Shown here: positions 8,888 to 16,461 of the stretch, one piece after another
How the letters are laid out: each line of letters begins with the position of its first letter
How positions within the stretch are numbered: the first letter of the stretch is position 1
The notes under the pieces: generated by a model
What the model was told of the DNA's origin: nothing
The model's database searches: none
The model's input: only the letters and a program-made list of their open reading frames with translations
Program-made: the position numbers and the translations under genes
Source of the DNA: an uncultured archaeon
GTDB lineage: Archaea; Iainarchaeota; Iainarchaeia; Iainarchaeales; Iainarchaeaceae
Reading direction: 5' to 3'
DNA: 31,063 bases
Assembly (NCBI GenBank): GCA_964577555.1
Contig: CAZNZM010000011.1
Coordinates: 1 to 31,063, forward strand

Positions 8888-10588
8888 TTACATTTCTTCC
8901 AAAAGATCAAGGTTTAATATATTGGCTCCTGATTCCATTATAATTATGAAAGCAGATATTATTGCCAGCCTTGATTTTTGTAATTCTTCTTCGGCTTGAA
9001 TAACAGGGCTTTCATGATAAAAAGTATTGAATGCCTTACTTAACTCTAAAAGGTAGTTAGCTAATTTGTTTGGAGCAAGGTATTTTATTGATTCTTCCAG
9101 AACGCTAAAATATTTTGAAATAATATAGACTAAATCTTTTTCTGCTTGATTTTGTAAAATAATTTTTTTGGAAAAATTTTGGTTGCTTGCTTTTTTTATT
9201 ATGCTCTTTGCCCTTGCATAACTATATTGTATGAATGGCCCTGTTTCTCCTTCCATTTTAATCGCGTTTTCCCAATTGAATATTATTGCCTTGTTTCTGT
9301 CGTGGTTAAGCATTCCGAATTTTATTGCTGCCAAGGTTATTTTCTTTGCGGTTTCTCTCAGCTTGTTTTCATTCCAATCTTGGTGTCTTTCTTTGGTTTC
9401 AAATAATGCTTTTTCAAAAACGATATTAAACAATTCCGAATAAGTAATTACATTGCCTTCCCTTGAAGACATTTTTTTTCCTTCAAGTCCGACTATTTCA
9501 TAAGAGATATGCTCTGTAGGACAGTATTCATTCTTTATTTTGTTAAGCAATTCTATTGTTTTTATAAGTTGCTTGAAATAAAATGATTGTTCGGAACCAA
9601 CTACATTGTATGATTTTTCCGCTTTTAGTTCTTTTTTCTTTAGTTTTGCCAAAGCCAGATCCTTGCTTGAATAGAGAGCCGCTCCGTCGCTTTTTAAAAT
9701 CAAAAATTTGCCAAGATTGTATTTTTCAAGATCTATTAGTATTGCTCCTTGGTCTTTTTTTGCAATTCCTTTTTTTTCAAGTTCTTTTGCAATCATGATT
9801 CCTTCTTTTTCCACGTCGCTTTCCATTATTATTTTGTCAAACTTTATTCCCAATTCCTGAAATATTCTTTGAAAACAGTCCATGCTTGCTTTTCTTAATT
9901 TTTCCCAGTCTTTTTTTAGTTGCTGGTTTTTTCCTTGTTCAAGTTCAACAACCATTTGTCTCATTTTTTCTTCCAATTCAGGTTTTTCATGAACCTCTTT
10001 GGATCCAGCCGAATATAATTGCCCGAGCCACTTCTCCTTTTCAACCAAATCTTTTGGCTCTGGCGGGTGTTGCAGGTTTTGATAGGCATAAATTGTTTTG
10101 CTTACGTGAGGTCCTACGTCACCGCCATAATCAACTCTTAAAACGTTTTTTCCTTGGCTTTCAAAAAACCTGCTAATGGCTTCACCTATGCAAATATTTC
10201 TAACGTGCCCTATGTGAAATGCTTTCATGGGGTTTGCCTGGCAGTATTCTACAATTATTTTTTTTCCTTTGACTTGTTTCGGTTTTTCAGGTTTTAAAAA
10301 AAGTTTTTGGATTATTTTTTCTGCAAGTTTTTCTTCGTCAAGATAAAAATTCAGGTAAGGTCCTTTGGCTTCGCTCTTTTTGAATATTTTTGGCAATTTT
10401 ATTTTGTCTTTCAGCTCAAGAGCTATTTGTTGTGGCGGTTTTTTTATTTTGCCAGCCAGTTTAAAGCATGGCAGTGAAAAATCACCAAGTTCTCTGTTTG
10501 GCGGGATTTCTATAAGGTTTTCCAAATCGGTTTTTGGAATAATTTTTGAAATGGTTTTTTCTAACTCGAGTTTTGCTTCATAAATCAT
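8888..10588 (-). CDS. argS: Arginyl-tRNA synthetase
   Basis: AFHIGHVRN (HIGH), EGKKMSSREGNVITYSELF, C-terminal class Ia ArgRS anticodon-binding domain ending in LLEEM. Confidence 0.96.
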   Translation of the reverse strand: MIYEAKLELEKTISKIIPKTDLENLIEIPPNRELGDFSLPCFKLAGKIKKPPQQIALELKDKIKLPKIFKKSEAKGPYLNFYLDEEKLAEKIIQKLFLKPEKPKQVKGKKIIVEYCQANPMKAFHIGHVRNICIGEAISRFFESQGKNVLRVDYGGDVGPHVSKTIYAYQNLQHPPEPKDLVEKEKWLGQLYSAGSKEVHEKPELEEKMRQMVVELEQGKNQQLKKDWEKLRKASMDCFQRIFQELGIKFDKIIMESDVEKEGIMIAKELEKKGIAKKDQGAILIDLEKYNLGKFLILKSDGAALYSSKDLALAKLKKKELKAEKSYNVVGSEQSFYFKQLIKTIELLNKIKNEYCPTEHISYEIVGLEGKKMSSREGNVITYSELFNIVFEKALFETKERHQDWNENKLRETAKKITLAAIKFGMLNHDRNKAIIFNWENAIKMEGETGPFIQYSYARAKSIIKKASNQNFSKKIILQNQAEKDLVYIISKYFSVLEESIKYLAPNKLANYLLELSKAFNTFYHESPVIQAEEELQKSRLAIISAFIIIMESGANILNLDLLEEM

Positions 10589-10610
10589 GAAACCACTTTG
10601 TCAAATTCTA

Positions 10611-10712
10611 CGGACCCGGAGGGATTTGAACCCTCGACCCCCTGCTCGCTTCCAAGACAAAAAAATTTAAAGTTAGAAGGCAGATGCTCTATCCAAGCTG
10701 AGCTACGGGCCC
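10611..10712 (-). tRNA. tRNA-Arg(TCT) with 27-nt intron (10647-10673) at position 37/38
   Basis: Hand-folded mature 75 nt: GGGCCCG TA GCTC AGCTTGGATA GAGC A TCTGC CTTCTAA GCAGG GGGTC GAGGG TTCAAAT CCCTC CGGGTCC G. The intron lies between A37 and A38. Central BHB helix CTTC/GAAG with 3-nt bulges TAA and CGA. Confidence 0.93.
10647..10673 (-). other. tRNA-Arg intron (27 nt)
   Basis: Removing it restores the 5-bp anticodon stem TCTGC/GCAGG and the 7-nt loop CTTCTAA. Confidence 0.85.
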
Positions 10713-10876
10713 TCACAATAAAAGTTTCAGCCACGTATTTAAATTGCTTTTCTTGGCAGGACAATTCCAGAACGGGATACATTATTTTTATACAATTTAA
10801 AATTCTAATTTAATTACTTTATTTATAATCCGCCATATAAATATTTTTTTAAATTGATGTTTAAAGTAATTTTTCA

Positions 10877-11695
10877 ATGACTTCAATTTGGTGGTTTTTG
10901 GCTTTTGCTTTTTTGGGAATTTTAACGATTGTTTCTGTTTTTATTCCTATGTTGTTTCCTTTTGTGCTGTTTTTGGATTTTTTCTTTATTTTGAATTCTA
11001 TAAAAGTAATTTATACTTACCAGCGTGGCGCGGTTTTCACTTTCGGAAAATTTACAAAAATTTTAAACCCCGGTTTAAATTTTATTATTCCACTAATCCA
11101 GCGTTGTGTCATAATTGATTTGAGGCTTTACGTGTCTGATGTTCCTCAACAGTCGCCAATTACTAAGGATAATGTTTCTATTACTGTAGATGCTGTTATT
11201 TATTATCGCGTTATGAAAGAGAACCCTGAAAATTCCATTAACAAGGTTGAGAACTTTCATTATGCAATCAACCAACTCGCGCAAACAACCATGCGAAATG
11301 TTATAGGAGAATTAACTTTGGATGAAATACTTTCCAATAGAGATGATGTTTCTAAAAAAATTCAAAAAATTGTTGACAAGTCTTCCGATCCATGGTCTAT
11401 AAAAGTAGAGGCTGTTGAACTAAAAAAAATAGAGTTGCCTGATTCAATGAAAACAGTCATGGCAAAAGCTGCTGCAGCCGAAAGAATAAAGAGGGCTGCA
11501 ATAATAAAATCTGAAGGGGAAGCTCAAGCAGCTAAAATAATTGGCGAAGCCGCAAATTTGATAAGTTCTGTTGATGGAGGATTGAATTTAAGAACTTTGC
11601 AAAGTTTGGGCAATATTGCTTCAGACCCTTCTAATGAAGTTGTTTTCTTTGTGCCTTTGGATGTAATAAAGCCTCTTGAAGGATATAAAAAGTGA
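10877..11695 (+). CDS. SPFH/Band 7 (stomatin-like) membrane protein, copy 1
   Basis: N-terminal TM segments followed by FGKFTKILNPGLNFIIPLIQRCVIIDLRLYVSDVPQQSPITKDNVSITVDAVIYYRV; stomatin-like architecture. Confidence 0.92.
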   Translation: MTSIWWFLAFAFLGILTIVSVFIPMLFPFVLFLDFFFILNSIKVIYTYQRGAVFTFGKFTKILNPGLNFIIPLIQRCVIIDLRLYVSDVPQQSPITKDNVSITVDAVIYYRVMKENPENSINKVENFHYAINQLAQTTMRNVIGELTLDEILSNRDDVSKKIQKIVDKSSDPWSIKVEAVELKKIELPDSMKTVMAKAAAAERIKRAAIIKSEGEAQAAKIIGEAANLISSVDGGLNLRTLQSLGNIASDPSNEVVFFVPLDVIKPLEGYKK

Positions 11696-12489
11696 TAAGA
11701 ATGCTTGATTTGATAATGGTATTTATAGCAGTAATTTTTCTTCCTTTGCTTTTAGTAATAGGGTTTTTAATTTTGGCTTCAATCAAAATAGTGAATGAAT
11801 ACGAGCGAGGCGTAAAATTTACTCTCGGCAAATTTACAGGCATAATGATGCCTGGATTAAATATTGTTATCCCTTTGTTGCAATCCTGGGAAAGAATTGA
11901 TATTAGAACTTCAGTAATCGATGTGCCAAAACAGGATATAATGACAAAAGATAATGTTTCGGCAATAATAAACGCGGTTGTTTATTATAGAGTAAGCGAT
12001 CCTGCTTTGGCAGTAATGGATGTTTTTGATTATCGTTATGCAGTAAGCCAAATAGCCCAAACAACAATGAGAGAAGTAATAGGTGAAATAAATCTTGATG
12101 AATTGCTTACTCAAAGGGAAAAAACAGCCAAGCGCATTCAAGAAATTGTTGACAAAGCCACTGATCCTTGGGGTATTAAAATTGAATCTGTTGAATTGAA
12201 AGAAATAATACTTCCGGAAAATTTAGTAAGAGTGATTTCACAAGAAGCGGAAGCTAATCGTGAAAAGCAGGCAATTTTGCTTAGGGCCCAAGGAGAACTT
12301 GAATCAGCCAAAAATTTAAGCAAGGCTGCTCTTGATTTAACAAAAAGCAAAGGCGGAATCCATCTTAGGACATTGCAAGTGATACATTCTTTAAGCACTG
12401 AAAAAAGCAAAACGATTGTTTATGCGGTTCCAAGCGAATTGTTGAAACAAATAGACGTAAAGCTGAATTTGAGAAAGTTGTTTAAGTAA
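11692..12489 (+). CDS. SPFH/Band 7 (stomatin-like) membrane protein, copy 2
   Basis: YERGVKFTLGKFTGIMMPGLNIVIPLLQSWERIDIRTSVIDVPKQDIMTKDNVSAIINAVVYYRV. GTG start at 11692 overlaps the upstream TGA (GTGA); ATG 11701 is an alternative start. Confidence 0.92.
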   Translation: MIRMLDLIMVFIAVIFLPLLLVIGFLILASIKIVNEYERGVKFTLGKFTGIMMPGLNIVIPLLQSWERIDIRTSVIDVPKQDIMTKDNVSAIINAVVYYRVSDPALAVMDVFDYRYAVSQIAQTTMREVIGEINLDELLTQREKTAKRIQEIVDKATDPWGIKIESVELKEIILPENLVRVISQEAEANREKQAILLRAQGELESAKNLSKAALDLTKSKGGIHLRTLQVIHSLSTEKSKTIVYAVPSELLKQIDVKLNLRKLFK

Positions 12490-12579
12490 AATTTTTTTGT
12501 TTTTTTAATGACATTTGTTATTTGAAAGACAAAATTAGATTGATTTTTTTATTTTAACAAGTTTTAATTATTTACGGCG

Positions 12580-13524
12580 TCATTTGTAAAGCATTCCGTA
12601 GTATAATTGCTCTATTATTGCCTTGTATTTTATTGTTTGTTCTTCCGAGACAAATGATTCTATTGGAGCCGCATAGTACGCTACTCTTTCACCTATGCCA
12701 TTGGTTACTATGAATGGCAGTTTCCTGCCGAAATTGTATTGTTTGTCTTTTTCCAGCCAAGGCTTTTTGTCGGACTTTACAAGAAAGTTTGTAGTATTAT
12801 CTATTGATGCAACTATTTTTGCATTGCTGTTTTTTATTATTTCTACAATTGCAAAGTCTCCTTTGAATTTCAAAGAAGGACTTAGTCCGTAAACTAATTT
12901 GTTGTCTCTTTCATTGACTTCAACATATCCTGAAAAGTCGCTTTTGGCACAATTTGTGAATTCGCAATAATTTCCTTTGTATTCGACGCCAAGATATTCA
13001 TTGAATAATAGCATTCTTTCTCCATCAAGCCTTGCCAAAGGCCCTATTATTTTGTCTTCGCCTCCTTCTTCTCTTTGGCTTACTTTCAAATAATTGTCTT
13101 CCTCGCATAGTTCTGTTCCGGCATCGCCTGTCCAAACCAGTCTTCCTCCAGAATTTATATAAGATTGAAAAATTCTCAATTTGTCAGTACATATTTTTTT
13201 TGCGCGTTCTACAATCACTAAATCATATTCGTTGATATTGCCGTAAGATATATTGTTTATGTGCATTGACTTTACATGAGCGTTCAAGATGTCCCTGTCA
13301 GTAAAAACCGCTTCCAATTTTTCATGATCGCCTAATCCTGAATCGCCATAAGCAATCAGTATTTTCGGATTGCCTCCTTTTATAATTTGATAATAAATTT
13401 CGCACATGCCAGGAAGCACATTACAACCTATAATTCCAGTATACATCAAAACTGAAAGAAGCACTATTAAAAGTATTGCAAGTATGACCAAATGTACAAG
13501 GCCTGATTTAATATTGCTATCCAT
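12580..13524 (-). CDS. Membrane-anchored protein with possible class I glutamine amidotransferase-like fold; function unknown
   Basis: N-terminal TM (LVILAILLIVLLSVLMYTG), then KILIAYGDSG...YDLVIVERAKKI...LRIFQSYINSGGRLVWTGDAGTE, resembling GATase1-like/ThuA-like alternating strands. The fold call is tentative. Confidence 0.55.
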   Translation of the reverse strand: MDSNIKSGLVHLVILAILLIVLLSVLMYTGIIGCNVLPGMCEIYYQIIKGGNPKILIAYGDSGLGDHEKLEAVFTDRDILNAHVKSMHINNISYGNINEYDLVIVERAKKICTDKLRIFQSYINSGGRLVWTGDAGTELCEEDNYLKVSQREEGGEDKIIGPLARLDGERMLLFNEYLGVEYKGNYCEFTNCAKSDFSGYVEVNERDNKLVYGLSPSLKFKGDFAIVEIIKNSNAKIVASIDNTTNFLVKSDKKPWLEKDKQYNFGRKLPFIVTNGIGERVAYYAAPIESFVSEEQTIKYKAIIEQLYYGMLYK

Positions 13525-13554
13525 GATGATGTATTATTTTTGGCGTATAAATTA

Positions 13555-14205
13555 TTATTGCTTTGGCAAAAAAAATGACAAAAACAAGGCAAATATGATG
13601 TTTGATGTTATATGAACTATTGAAAATGGCCAGATAATCAATGCACCATCAGGTATGTTGATAAGTATTTCAAATATTAATGTGCCAATAAAAGTGTAAT
13701 AAATCAAACTATTTGCATTTATTTCACTTGCAAGGCTTGTTATTCCGCCTGATATTGCCCCGCTTATTGCTTGTATTATTGTCCAAAAACCAAATATTCC
13801 GCCTTCCATGAAAATATTTGACAATGGATAAGACAACAAGCCTAAAATAATGCCTAATTCAGGACCATAAACCAAACCAACAAATACAGCTAATGGAATT
13901 ATTGGTTCAACTGACGGGAAAGGTTCAAGTGCTATTCTCCAAACAATTGCTATTGCAACGATGATTATAAAGTTAAGTTCGTTCAGTTTTTTTCTTTTAA
14001 GAGCGGGTTTTTCTTTTTTTGGCTTCTTGTTTTGTGAAGTTTCATGTTTTGCCTCGTGGTTTTCATGTTCGTGCTCTTCAGAACCATGTTCATCATGAGA
14101 GTCTCCGTTATGCCCGTGTTCTTCGTGATTATCATGGCCATGCTCTTCATGAGACTCTTCATCATCGTGGCCATTATGCCCGTGCTCGTCATGGTTTCCT
14201 GACAT
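13555..14205 (-). CDS. Multi-pass membrane protein, possible ECF-transporter S-component-like, with His/Asp/Glu-rich N-terminal tail
   Basis: About 65-aa tail MSGNHDEHGHNGHDDEESHEEHGHDNHEEHGHNGDSHDEHGSEEHEHENHEAKHE followed by several TM helices (VEPIIPLAVFVGLVYGPELGIILGLLSYPLSNIFMEGG...). Confidence 0.65.
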   Translation of the reverse strand: MSGNHDEHGHNGHDDEESHEEHGHDNHEEHGHNGDSHDEHGSEEHEHENHEAKHETSQNKKPKKEKPALKRKKLNELNFIIIVAIAIVWRIALEPFPSVEPIIPLAVFVGLVYGPELGIILGLLSYPLSNIFMEGGIFGFWTIIQAISGAISGGITSLASEINANSLIYYTFIGTLIFEILINIPDGALIIWPFSIVHITSNIIFALFLSFFLPKQ

Positions 14206-14308
14206 AAATTGTATTTTGTAGTAGTGCAGGAAATATAAACCTTAATCTTAGAAAAAGATTTTTTGGAAGTCTTACTTTTTGCTATATTTTATAAGACTTT
14301 TTACCGAC

Positions 14309-14316
14309 TTTAAATA
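14309..14316 (+). promoter_or_regulatory. Candidate archaeal TATA box upstream of tRNA-Leu
   Basis: TTTAAATA about 20-25 bp upstream of the tRNA 5' end; sequence and spacing only. Confidence 0.35.
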
Positions 14317-14333
14317 CTGCTGATTATACAAAA

Positions 14334-14419
14334 GCGGGAGTCCCATAGCCCGGTCAATTGGACTAGGTTGAGGTCCTAGTGGCTTAGTGCCTTCGGAGGT
14401 TCAAATCCTCCCTCCCGCA
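14334..14419 (+). tRNA. tRNA-Leu(GAG), no intron
   Basis: Hand fold: GCGGGAG acceptor with CTCCCGC; anticodon arm CTAGG TTGAGGT CCTAG; long variable arm; T arm GGAGG TTCAAAT CCTCC; discriminator A73. Confidence 0.93.
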
Positions 14420-14519
14420 TTTCAATTTTTTTTGAATGTATTTTGCAGATGTGTTTTTAATTATGCAAAGTCTTTTATAGGGTGCATCTTTTATAATGGT
14501 TTTGATTATTAATTAAAGA

Positions 14520-15062
14520 ATGGGTTTTGCTAAATTGTTGGTTGCCACTGCAATTTTTTTGCTTTTGGCTGGTTGTTCAGGTCAACAGCCTTCAAACAAG
14601 CCGCCCGTTGAAAATGCTAAAGGAGAGGATTTTATGGCTGCAAGTTTTCCAGTAGTAAAAAAAGGGGATATTATAAAAGTTGAATATGTAGGAAAATTCA
14701 CTGATGGAAATGTCTTTGACAAAAGCGAAGGTCGAGGACCTTTAGAATTCCAAGTTGGTTCTGGCCAAATGATAAAAGGATTTGATTCTGCAGTTGTGGG
14801 AATGAAATTAGGGGAAGAAAAAACAGTGACTATAGAACCAAAAGACGCTTATGGAAACATTGATGATGCCAAAGTTATCAGCATCCCTCTTTCTCAAATA
14901 CAAGTAGATGGAAATATTTACCCAGGCCAAACTCTTTATGCTTCAAACGGTTTTCCAGTAGAAGTGGTTGATGTAAAAGACGGAAACGCATTTTTGAAAA
15001 TAATTCACCCACTAGCAGGCAAAACCCTTGTTTTTTGGATAAAGATTGTAAGCATTAATTGA
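14520..15062 (+). CDS. FKBP-type peptidyl-prolyl cis-trans isomerase (SlyD-like), predicted lipoprotein
   Basis: Lipobox-like MGFAKLLVATAIFLLLAGC; FKBP signatures VKVEYVGKFTDGNVFDKS-like and GSGQMIKGFDSAVVGMKLGEEKTVTIEPKDAYG. Confidence 0.9.
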   Translation: MGFAKLLVATAIFLLLAGCSGQQPSNKPPVENAKGEDFMAASFPVVKKGDIIKVEYVGKFTDGNVFDKSEGRGPLEFQVGSGQMIKGFDSAVVGMKLGEEKTVTIEPKDAYGNIDDAKVISIPLSQIQVDGNIYPGQTLYASNGFPVEVVDVKDGNAFLKIIHPLAGKTLVFWIKIVSIN

Positions 15063-15280
15063 AACAATTCAAATTTTTTTGGCTTTGCATTAGGCTGGAC
15101 AAGATTTTTTTAAGCTTTGTTTTTGACGAAATGTTTTTTGCAATTTATTTGGCCAGCCAAAATTTATTTTTTTGAATGATTTTTTGCAAAAAAAATGAGT
15201 TGTTTTTAATTTTTTGATTTAGCTTAGTTTTTTTGGAAAATTTTTCCATTTGTTTTTTCTCAATTTTCTTATGTTTAGTG

Positions 15281-15691
15281 TCAAAGATGTTTTTTGTATT
15301 CTTTCTCCCATTTTTGCAATTCGTTAAAATCAGCCAATTTTGAACCGAAACTTAATTTTAACCCATCATTTTTGAACCTTGGAACAACATGAAAATGCAA
15401 ATGATGCACAACTTGCCCTGCAGCTTCTTTATTATTTTGGATTATATTAAAGCCATCCGCTTTAGTGGCCTTCATGGCTGCGGCACCTATTCTTTGGACT
15501 GTTTTAATAATTTCTGCAAGTTCCATTTCAGGAATATCTAACATAGTGGGATAGTGTTTTTTAGGTATTACCAAAGAATGTCCTTTGGAAGCTGGGTTTA
15601 TATCAAGAAAACTTAATGCAATTTCATCTTCATAAAGCTTAGTAGCAGGTATTTCGCCTTTAACTATTTTACAAAAAACGCAATTTTCCAT
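15281..15691 (-). CDS. HIT (histidine triad) family hydrolase
   Basis: CVFCKIVKGEIP, LSFLDINPASKGHSLVIPKKHY, triad VVHHLHFHVVPRF. Confidence 0.95.
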   Translation of the reverse strand: MENCVFCKIVKGEIPATKLYEDEIALSFLDINPASKGHSLVIPKKHYPTMLDIPEMELAEIIKTVQRIGAAAMKATKADGFNIIQNNKEAAGQVVHHLHFHVVPRFKNDGLKLSFGSKLADFNELQKWEKEYKKHL

Positions 15692-15906
15692 TTTATTATA
15701 TTTGCTGGATTTAATATAAATAGTTTTTCTATTCCGCTATTTTCAAAAAATTACTTTTATTTGAAAATTAGTGTTTTTGACAATTTTAACTTAATTATAT
15801 CAATTAACTAAAATTTTTTTACGAGCCACTTTTAAACTTGACAAAAAATTAATTTTTATTTTTTTACAAACCAATACAATTTTTTTGACAAAGAATATTA
15901 GACGTT

Positions 15907-16461
15907 TTAATTGTTTTTCCTTGCTTTTTCATTTATTAAACTCACTTTATTAAGAAATTGTTTGAATGATTCTGCAAATTCTTCTTCAAGTTTTTTAGAA
16001 ATTTTTCCAGAACGCAAAAACGATGCTAACTCAAGCATAGTGTTCCTGTAATTTTCAAATCCTGGGCTTGCAAGCAGCTTGTGAAATGTTTCAAGTAAAT
16101 AAACAGCATCTTCATGACAACTTTCACTTGCCCAACTATTTTTGGAACATTCGACAAACATTTTCTCTATTTCTTCAACGTTTTTTGAAAGTTGAACAAA
16201 GTTTTCCTTTCCAATTTTTGTTATTTTGTATATTTTTCTTTTTCTGCCTTTATATTCTTCATGCTTTATTTCAATCAATCCATCTTTCTTAAGGGAACTG
16301 AGAGCCGGATATAATGAACCTGCTTTTGGTTTCCATAATCCCATGCTGTTTTTTTCAATTTTTTTCATTAATGAATAACCATGCAACGGTTCTTCTATAA
16401 GCGACTTGAGAATCAAATACTTTAATTCGCCTTTGAAAAAAAAATGAGGCTTTATCATCAT
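15907..16461 (-). CDS. PadR family transcriptional regulator
   Basis: LKYLILKSLIEEPLHGYSLMKKIEKNSMGLWKPKAGSLYPALSSLKKDGLIEIKHEEYKGRKRKIYKITKIGKE, a PadR winged-helix. Overlaps the permease stop by 4 bp. Confidence 0.93.
   Translation of the reverse strand: MMIKPHFFFKGELKYLILKSLIEEPLHGYSLMKKIEKNSMGLWKPKAGSLYPALSSLKKDGLIEIKHEEYKGRKRKIYKITKIGKENFVQLSKNVEEIEKMFVECSKNSWASESCHEDAVYLLETFHKLLASPGFENYRNTMLELASFLRSGKISKKLEEEFAESFKQFLNKVSLINEKARKNN

Noticed and set aside
10585-10813. ORFs on both strands across 10585-10813 (for example MSNSTDPEGFEPSTPC...)
   Set aside because: They translate the tRNA-Arg gene and flanks; the sequence folds as a tRNA.
13983-14207. ORFs overlapping the His-rich gene (MTSTGIMATMMKS..., MASCFVKFHVLPRGFHVRALQNHVHH...)
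   Set aside because: Alternative-frame and antisense translations of the repetitive His-codon region; the membrane protein frame 13555-14205 is the coherent one.
14334-14419. Intron in tRNA-Leu(GAG)
   Set aside because: The anticodon arm CTAGG-TTGAGGT-CCTAG is contiguous and needs no intron; the extra length is the normal class II variable arm.
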